DNA of 64,000 nucleotides, taken from Promethearchaeia archaeon (GTDB taxonomy: Archaea; Asgardarchaeota; Lokiarchaeia; Sigyniarchaeales; SOKP01). The DNA lies in NCBI GenBank assembly GCA_029856125.1, contig JAHQWJ010000080.1, positions 32,001 to 96,000 of the forward strand. Reading direction: 5' to 3'. The notes beneath the pieces were generated by a model, which saw only the letters and a list, made by a program, of their open reading frames with translations, did no database searches and was not told the origin of the DNA. Position 1 is the first letter of the stretch. Each line of letters begins with the position of its first letter. The translations under genes and the position numbers were made by a program. Below are positions 57,129 through 64,000 of the stretch, piece after piece.

Positions 57129-58646
57129 ATGGATTTTACCAATAGACTGATATTTTTATCTCAAAAAATTCATCCGTATAATATCCCCGGATTCAGATTT
57201 AGAAAATTAGATACCAGATACAAATTAATGTATGAAAAAGAATACAATCTTAATGAGAATGATATTAACAAAGCTAGTTTTATTGTATTTTTAATTTCGT
57301 TCATTTCAATATTCACTACTTCCATTTTTCTATCAATATTCAATCTTGTCCAAATATTTTCTTATTCCTTAATATTCTCCTTATTTTTTTCTTACAGCTT
57401 CAATAATAAGTTTTATAAAGAGATATTAAAGAAGGAGAATCAATTGAATGCCTTTGTTTATGTTATTAGAATTTATTTTTCACTTATACAAAAATCTGTT
57501 GGAAATAGTGCCGATTTAGCTATTAATTTTATCAGACTAATTTCCGACCATAACCTTCCAATTAAGAAAGAATTCAGGAAAATATTAAACAAGATTCAAC
57601 TAGGGCAAAATCCCGAGATATTACTCTCGAATGTTATCACTCCTTCAATAGATTTTAATTCCTATTTAAAAGAATTGTTAATCTCTAATTTTACTTATAA
57701 TGAAACTCTTATCGAAAATTCAGTAGAAAAAAAATTTCGACAATATTTAAGAGAAATTGAGTCAAAATTAAGTGTGTTCTTTTTTATAGGATTATTTTTC
57801 CCTTTGGGTGTGTGTTTTTTAATTTTGTTCCAAAAAATTAATCTTATTTTATTAGTTATAATGTTACCACTTTATTTCATATCAATTAAAACATTAAACA
57901 AGAAATTTCTACGAAATGATTCATTCTTGCTCGGATTGTTAAATAATTATTCGAAGGAAGAAAAAGTTAAATTTCACGAATTCATCTCCTTCTTGAAAAG
58001 TTTTACCTTAAATTTACAGAAAAACTCCTCACCTGAAATTGCATTCATAAATTCATATTCACAAAATAAAAGCCAAATCGTATTAATGGACAGTCCAATA
58101 AAGTCACAAATCACCAATCTTTTAAATTTCTCCTGTTCTTTTGAGGAAATGTTGGAAAACTTACAAATTGAGATAAATTCAATACGATTTAAAATAATAC
58201 TAGATGTTATTGGAAAGTTAGTTAGTAAAAACGCATATGTTTCTCATAAAAAGATCAATGAGTTATTAAATGAAATTTCAAAACATCAAAAACTAGAAAG
58301 GCAGTTAGAAATTATAATTAGAGGAGAAAGGTTTAGGGTATTATTCTTCTTATTCCTACTACCTATCGTAATTGGGGGAATCGGGGGATTATTTCCCATG
58401 TTTAATATTATGATTAACAATATATCCTTCTCAAGTAATATTCACTTATCTTCATTATTAGAACTATTCTTTAGTTATGATTTCGTTGTGATTTTTCTTG
58501 CACTATGGTTTTGCGTCTATACATCCTCTTACTATTTCTTGAAAATCATATCTTACGAAAGAAAGAATATTCTAATTATTACTTCCTGTATAATTTATAT
58601 AATAGCATTTTTCTCAAGTTTTTTTAATGTTCTCAATTATTTTTAA
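57129..58646 (+). CDS. Type IV pilus membrane platform (TadB/TadC/ArlJ-like)
   Basis: Duplicated T2SSF-like pattern (EFRKIL.KIQLGQNPE; SPEIAF), multiple TMs, operon context. Confidence 0.72.
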   Translation: MDFTNRLIFLSQKIHPYNIPGFRFRKLDTRYKLMYEKEYNLNENDINKASFIVFLISFISIFTTSIFLSIFNLVQIFSYSLIFSLFFSYSFNNKFYKEILKKENQLNAFVYVIRIYFSLIQKSVGNSADLAINFIRLISDHNLPIKKEFRKILNKIQLGQNPEILLSNVITPSIDFNSYLKELLISNFTYNETLIENSVEKKFRQYLREIESKLSVFFFIGLFFPLGVCFLILFQKINLILLVIMLPLYFISIKTLNKKFLRNDSFLLGLLNNYSKEEKVKFHEFISFLKSFTLNLQKNSSPEIAFINSYSQNKSQIVLMDSPIKSQITNLLNFSCSFEEMLENLQIEINSIRFKIILDVIGKLVSKNAYVSHKKINELLNEISKHQKLERQLEIIIRGERFRVLFFLFLLPIVIGGIGGLFPMFNIMINNISFSSNIHLSSLLELFFSYDFVVIFLALWFCVYTSSYYFLKIISYERKNILIITSCIIYIIAFFSSFFNVLNYF

Positions 58647-58663
58647 GAAGAATTTAGTAAGTA

Positions 58664-58960
58664 TTAACCAAAAAAACTGGAATAAAATAATTCAGCTATT
58701 AAAAAAACTCCAATAAATATAATAAAGAATTTAGAATAAGATATTATCGTTTTAAATAATAAATTATCAATGTTAATATTAAACATAAAAATTTCTATTT
58801 CATTTAGAATTTGGAGAAAAGGTATTAACAATATTAAGAAAATTATAATAGAAACAAATAGCGTTGTTGGTTCGGTTGATGTTATGGAATATAGAAAAAT
58901 AAAAATAAAAAGCGATACCAATATGAAGAATTGCAATAGGTTCAAAGTAAAATTCGACAT
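58664..58960 (-). CDS. Small hydrophobic membrane protein
   Basis: Three hydrophobic segments. Confidence 0.55.
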   Translation of the reverse strand: MSNFTLNLLQFFILVSLFIFIFLYSITSTEPTTLFVSIIIFLILLIPFLQILNEIEIFMFNINIDNLLFKTIISYSKFFIIFIGVFLIAELFYSSFFG

Positions 58961-59147
58961 AATCCAACTTATATAACAAAAAAACTATTTAAAATTCTAA
59001 GAATATTTTAAGAGATCATGGGATATTGAGATTAAAAAACTAAATATTTATAAGTGACAAGAATTAGGTTTATCTCACATTATGTTTTCGAAAGTTAAAT
59101 TGTATAAAAATCAAATTAACCTAGTAAATATTATATAAAAAAATGAT

Positions 59148-59648
59148 TTGATTATAATTATGAGAAATTTAAAATTAAAGGGATTAAAATACGATAAGGG
59201 GAAATACGATTTATATAATGAAAGATTTGTGTTTTTCCCCCCACAAATAGTTGACATACTATCATCGATATATGGAGAGGGTGTAAAATCTTTACTAGTT
59301 TGGTTAGGTAAAAAAGTTGGGTGGGCGTTGATTCAGAAATGGGACGATAATTTAAAATCAAAAACATTAAACGATTTAGTTAATCAATTTTGCACAATTG
59401 TAAGCAACCATGGATGGGGAATTTTTAATCCAAAACAAATTTCAGACAACTTAATAGTAATTGAACTTCAACATAATATCGCAAACAATTTAAATAACAA
59501 ATCAAAGTATATATGTTATTATATTACGGGATTATTAGCTGGTTTTGGAGAATATGCGCTCTATAAAGTAAATGTTATAGAAAATAATTGTAATATTGAG
59601 GATCCAGGTTTAAATTCATGCGAATTTAGAATCGAGAAAATTCTTTAA
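59148..59648 (+). CDS. V4R domain protein
   Basis: LGKKVG, GWG, CYYITGLLAGF, E..C......CEF; start may be ATG 59160. Confidence 0.88.
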   Translation: MIIIMRNLKLKGLKYDKGKYDLYNERFVFFPPQIVDILSSIYGEGVKSLLVWLGKKVGWALIQKWDDNLKSKTLNDLVNQFCTIVSNHGWGIFNPKQISDNLIVIELQHNIANNLNNKSKYICYYITGLLAGFGEYALYKVNVIENNCNIEDPGLNSCEFRIEKIL

Positions 59649-59657
59649 AGAATTAAA

Positions 59658-60044
59658 TCACCAAGGATCCCATTCTTCAGGATTCAGTTCATTAACCTCA
59701 TTATTTTTAAGATCTTTCTCTGTAATTTGAGGTTCTATTTTTACATAGATATTTTCATCTTCACTTATCATTTTGTGTGATTCAAGATCTTCGCGAATTA
59801 AGTCATCAGTTAATGATAATTTATCATCGCCTATTACTACATCTTTAAAAGCAGAAATTAATGACAAAAAATTAAAAAACTCTTCCTTTTTCATTTCCAC
59901 ATTTATAAAATCACTATTTTTTAATAATTTAAGTTTCACCAACCGAACTTCTCCGCTTATTTCTACTGAAGTCAATTCAATATTTTCATTTTTATTTTTT
60001 AACTGAATCTTCCATGAAGTTTCTCTTGTTTTTTCGATTTCCAT
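59658..60044 (-). CDS. Hypothetical protein with an acidic tail ending EWDPW
   Basis: GTGAGG SD before ATG 60044; the longer ORF-track N-terminus is probably not translated. Confidence 0.75.
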   Translation of the reverse strand: MEIEKTRETSWKIQLKNKNENIELTSVEISGEVRLVKLKLLKNSDFINVEMKKEEFFNFLSLISAFKDVVIGDDKLSLTDDLIREDLESHKMISEDENIYVKIEPQITEKDLKNNEVNELNPEEWDPW

Positions 60045-60181
60045 TAATATAGCCTCACTCTTTAGATAATTAAATATCAATAATTTAATAAAAATTAACC
60101 AATTTAAAATTATTCTTATATAAGTACCGAAGATTTTAATCAAAAAGTAAAAAAAAAGAGGTTCTTATTACTTTTTTTTTA

Positions 60182-60847
60182 TTAGAAAAGATAATTAATT
60201 ATCAAAAAATCATAGGAAATAAAGATTAATACAGCAATTGGAGACCTAATTTGTGCAAAAAATTGAAATTTTTCTCTTTCTTCATTATAAAACAAAGTAA
60301 GTGATTTCATCTGGAGTTTGGTACCTGAATATTTATTTAATTGCGAGAAATCTAAAAACCTATAAAATAATTTCAAAAAGATCCCTCGAGAATATGAAAT
60401 TTTCTCATTTAATGCATGCAACATATTGTAAGGATGAGATTTTGTTAAGAAACGATTGAAAAGGTAATTACATGATACTAGTAATAAAAATAAGATCAAA
60501 AGGTATGAAAAAAAAGAAAAAAACAGATGGAAATCAAAACCTAGAATTGGAAAAGCGAAGAACAAAAAGATAATTAACTTACCATCACTTCCCCCTATTA
60601 ATTTTAAACAGAACAGCAAAAAAGAAAAAGTAAAAGCTAATAAAACGATTAAAGATTTGCAGATCACAAAAATCATCAGGTTAGTATAAAAATTTTGCGC
60701 TTCAATAAGTATAAAGACGAAACCAACAATAAAAAAAAATACAAGACTTTTGTTGGGTATTTTCCTAAACCAGATATCTCTATACATACAGTATAATAGA
60801 ACTATATTTGAATAATAGAAAAAAAACCCATCGATGTTTGGAAGCAA
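60182..60847 (-). CDS. A24-family prepilin peptidase
   Basis: YRDIWFRKIPN and IGGSDGKL (GxGD-like) aspartate motifs; multiple TMs. Confidence 0.85.
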   Translation of the reverse strand: MLPNIDGFFFYYSNIVLLYCMYRDIWFRKIPNKSLVFFFIVGFVFILIEAQNFYTNLMIFVICKSLIVLLAFTFSFLLFCLKLIGGSDGKLIIFLFFAFPILGFDFHLFFSFFSYLLILFLLLVSCNYLFNRFLTKSHPYNMLHALNEKISYSRGIFLKLFYRFLDFSQLNKYSGTKLQMKSLTLFYNEEREKFQFFAQIRSPIAVLIFISYDFLIINYLF

Positions 60848-60850
60848 TCC

Positions 60851-61144
60851 TTATAAATCGCCTTCCCATATGTCTATAAATGTTTTTAAACTCTTAGCTC
60901 TAATGTTTTCATATTTGTATCTATATATTTTAATCCGCCCAAATATTTTCTCCTGAATTAATTTATAGGATTTTAAATAATCTAAGTGACTTTTAACGCT
61001 TGCGTGATTAAGTTTAGTAAACTTTATAATCTGAGATATTGATAATTCTTGATTTAATGCTAATACTTTTAAGATTTTAATTCTTGCCCGTGACCCTAAT
61101 AAATTTTCAATCTTAAAGTTCTCTTCTGCACCTTTTACTATCAA
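60851..61144 (-). CDS. Winged helix-turn-helix protein coupled to cdc6
   Basis: LGSRARIKILKVL...LSISQI...LNH....HL..L...FGRIKIY; overlaps the cdc6 stop codon. Confidence 0.88.
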   Translation of the reverse strand: MIVKGAEENFKIENLLGSRARIKILKVLALNQELSISQIIKFTKLNHASVKSHLDYLKSYKLIQEKIFGRIKIYRYKYENIRAKSLKTFIDIWEGDL

Positions 61145-62355
61145 ATTTTAATGCCTTTAGTTTCCATTACTTCTAATAATAATTCTTTATACTTTGAAAT
61201 TGGAATATTTTGAACAGTTATTTGAGCTTTTCGGCCTTTAATAGCCTCACTGACGATTTCCATGGTAATTAAATCTTCTTTTTTAAACTCCTGGAGGTAA
61301 TTCCATAGTTGTGAATGAGTCCGTGGTTGAATTCCTAAGCTTTCACATAATATTAAATATGATTCAGTAATTTCACGAACAGATGTATGAATTCTTTTGC
61401 ACTTATCTAAAGCATTTATAATAGCTAATAAAAAAATGATTTTTTGAGTAGACATATATTTTAGTATATCTAGTGTTGAAAAAGGAACTATGTCTTGATT
61501 TGCAAGACGGATTGATTCTATTGTGATGTATTTTAAATTCTGATTTTCAGCGATTTTAGTTGATTTCCAGAGTAAGTTTAATCCATACCTTATATCTCCA
61601 GTCTGATAAACTAAATCCGTAATAATTTGGATTAAGTTATCCGAAAAAATATTATCTTTTAAACTAATTTCTGTTCTATACTTCAATATTTCAAAAAGTT
61701 GTTCTTTACTATAATTGTTGAAATTTATTATATTTCTTTGTAAAGTGCTCATAGTACTAGCATCCAAACCACTTAAACAAGATATATCTCGTGCAATTCC
61801 AATGATAGAAATGTGTCGACTAGTATTGAACGCGTCATCGTTAATTCTTGTAAGTGAATAAATAAGATCCCCCTCCTTACCAATTAAATAACTTAATTCA
61901 TCCAAAACAATTAATAAATGGAGATTTTGATCTTTAATAATATCAACAATAATTTCAAGTAAATCTTGTGGAGAGTATCCTCTTTTTGGAAAAGTATTAT
62001 TGAGTGCTCGAACAATTTTGATTAATACTTTATAGCTAGTTCTTTCTTTCCGACAATTAATATGAACATACTTAATGTCTCCTGATCTTTTTTGAGCTGC
62101 GTTTACTAACATTTCTCCAAAGAGCTTAATTGTAACTGTTTTTCCTATTCCAGTTTTCCCAATTATCAATATTTTTCGTGAAATTGAATTCGGATTTGTT
62201 ACGAGCACTAAAAATAGTTGAGATAGCAGTGACAACTCTTTTTCACGATGCGGTAGCCTTTTAGGAACATAATTGTTATCGAGTTTACTTTCCTTTTTGA
62301 ACAACGATGGTTTTTTTAATAAATCTTCAAAGTAATCTATTGTCATGAAGGACAT
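61141..62355 (-). CDS. cdc6: Orc1/Cdc6 replication initiator
   Basis: YVPKRLPHREKE, Walker A GKTGIGKT, HINC, Walker B IVLDELS, GDIRYGL sensor 2, wHTH with KGR wing. Confidence 0.96.
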   Translation of the reverse strand: MSFMTIDYFEDLLKKPSLFKKESKLDNNYVPKRLPHREKELSLLSQLFLVLVTNPNSISRKILIIGKTGIGKTVTIKLFGEMLVNAAQKRSGDIKYVHINCRKERTSYKVLIKIVRALNNTFPKRGYSPQDLLEIIVDIIKDQNLHLLIVLDELSYLIGKEGDLIYSLTRINDDAFNTSRHISIIGIARDISCLSGLDASTMSTLQRNIINFNNYSKEQLFEILKYRTEISLKDNIFSDNLIQIITDLVYQTGDIRYGLNLLWKSTKIAENQNLKYITIESIRLANQDIVPFSTLDILKYMSTQKIIFLLAIINALDKCKRIHTSVREITESYLILCESLGIQPRTHSQLWNYLQEFKKEDLITMEIVSEAIKGRKAQITVQNIPISKYKELLLEVMETKGIKI

Positions 62356-62614
62356 CTGATAAAATGATATTAGAAGTTAGAAAATCATAATATATAATGA
62401 AATACAGAGTACTAATTTTTTATTATTATAATGAATTATTAACCATTTTAGTTCTCAAGTTCCTCTCTGGAGAGTATACCATTGTTCGTGCTATTAATAA
62501 TTATCACTTCTTTGCGTCAATTAAAAGCGTTATTCTTTTTTGTCGGTTGGAAGATTGCATCCTTGTAATTATATTGTAAAAGTTAGTTCTATAATTCCCC
62601 ATTCGATTTTTGTT

Positions 62615-63829
62615 TTAAAACTTAAATGTGATATCTCTAATTAATTTAAAACCTGCTTTTTTGTATTTATATACTTTTAAACAAATTGATGTAAAAAGAG
62701 AAGTTAAAATTGAAAGGAGACAAATATTAAGAAAATAGAACGAGCTATAATTTCTGGGATATTGAAAATTTTGAATTTGAAAGGATAGACATATCGTTCT
62801 ATTCTCTAAATAACTAGTTCCGTTAAATATAACATCTACATAAAATATTTTGTCATCCTCTTTAAAGTTGAAAATAGACGGCAATATATTGATATTAACG
62901 AATCCCGTTTGATTAGTCTTCAATGTCTCCTCGTATTCGATGGTTGAATTACTATAAATAATAATTTTTAAACTCTCATTTTCAAGCGGTTTTTTGTTTG
63001 TATTAAAATAGTAGTAAAATAGCTGAATTTTAAGCAAGCTACCTTCTTCTGTATTATCTACCAAATTAGTAATTTCTACATAAACAGGGATTTTTTTTAC
63101 ATATACTTCATATGAGAATGTTGTATCCAAATAGTACGAGTTGTTTTTAATAATAAACGATACATTATTTCTTCCTAAACCTAAGTGCTTAACCGTTGAA
63201 ATGTTGAAAGAAAGCATTCCATCTTTATCTGTTGTGAAAATAGTTTGATAGATAATCTCTTCATTATTCCTTATTATACATTGCAGTGTTTCATTTTCTA
63301 AACAAAAACTCGTATTTCCATTGTAGAAGTTTGCATTAAACAAGTTAGATTCTCCATATATTAAGTCACTTTTAAAATTGGTTAATTCACAATCAACAGC
63401 ACGTTTAGTAATATTAATTGTTATAATTTCTTTATATGTTGTTCCAACTTCGTTAGAATTGAAATCTTCGTGGTAATTAAACATTTTTATGTAAATTCTA
63501 CAGGGGTAATTTGTAAGTGTTAAGTTTAAGAATTGAATATTAATCGTCCAATTTTTCTGTGAAATACCGATTGTGTAGTAATTAGAAGAATTCCAAAGGA
63601 TTGTATCAAAAATATTAGTAATCTGAATTTGAACATAGGAAACTTCAAACCCTGAGTCATAATATAACTCCCAGGATCCATTTAGATAAATATTCTCATT
63701 ATTATAATATGTATTTTTATCGGATACTAGCAGAGTATTACTACATGAAAATCCTAAAACCGTTTTGGGAATAAGCATTATTCCTAACATAAAATATAGG
63801 AAAAGAACCGCTTTTATTTTTTTTTTCAC
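62615..63829 (-). CDS. Secreted/surface protein with Ig-like repeats and a C-terminal TM anchor
   Basis: Signal peptide, SDKNTYY, TTDKDG and KTNQTG repeats, FNGTSY, many NxS/T sites, C-terminal hydrophobic segment. Confidence 0.75.
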   Translation of the reverse strand: MKKKIKAVLFLYFMLGIMLIPKTVLGFSCSNTLLVSDKNTYYNNENIYLNGSWELYYDSGFEVSYVQIQITNIFDTILWNSSNYYTIGISQKNWTINIQFLNLTLTNYPCRIYIKMFNYHEDFNSNEVGTTYKEIITINITKRAVDCELTNFKSDLIYGESNLFNANFYNGNTSFCLENETLQCIIRNNEEIIYQTIFTTDKDGMLSFNISTVKHLGLGRNNVSFIIKNNSYYLDTTFSYEVYVKKIPVYVEITNLVDNTEEGSLLKIQLFYYYFNTNKKPLENESLKIIIYSNSTIEYEETLKTNQTGFVNINILPSIFNFKEDDKIFYVDVIFNGTSYLENRTICLSFQIQNFQYPRNYSSFYFLNICLLSILTSLFTSICLKVYKYKKAGFKLIRDITFKF

Positions 63830-64000
63830 ATCAATTATATCTATTAAAATATAAAAACTCAGATAATTCCAAAAAACATTTATTTTGTCAAAGATTTAAA
63901 TTCAAAACTAAGAAATTTGTTATTGTTGAATGAAAGTGGGAAAAGTAAGAACCCTATTGATAAAGAAAGTCTCAAAAGAATTAATAAGTAAATATCCAGA

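Noticed and set aside
62356-62614. Replication origin directly upstream of cdc6 (TTCCTCTCTGGAGAG near 62460) and the 60-aa ORF there
   Set aside because: Only one weak dyad, with no repeated ORB or G-string; the ORF has no coding features.
1-64000. IS elements, integrases, prophage, rRNA
   Set aside because: No transposase, integrase, capsid or rRNA-like GC-rich sequence recognised.

Overview
AT-rich archaeal chromosomal window, almost certainly from an Asgard archaeon (Lokiarchaeia/Promethearchaeota-like). It carries archaeal information-processing genes (smc-scpA-scpB, two Orc1/Cdc6 paralogues, TFB, L3/L4/L23/L15e, RNase P Pop5/Rpp30, ABCE1, RqcH, class I LysRS, arcTGT, Trm5) and eukaryotic-signature-like proteins (roadblock, longin/uDENN, V4R, EMC6-like). 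It also holds a dispersed type IV/Tad-like pilus set and some metabolic genes. I found no CRISPR array, rRNA or transposase. The most notable signals are not in the ORF track: (1) a Trp-codon leader peptide in a ~220-nt structured leader in front of trpB2, an attenuator-like arrangement; (2) an SMC with no recognisable hinge, exact 90-aa arm repeats and a kleisin with a hidden N-terminal HeH/SAP-like domain; (3) at least five genes whose reading frames point to near-cognate starts (CTG, ACG, GTT, GTC) 6-7 nt after a GGTGA-type SD; (4) an inverted pair of ORB-like boxes around an AT-rich spacer (candidate origin) beside an RHH/wHTH pair; (5) a 9-codon micro-ORF with a strong SD; (6) a tRNA-Arg with two non-canonical BHB introns and a C/D box sRNA. 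All family assignments come from motif recognition by eye; no searches were run.
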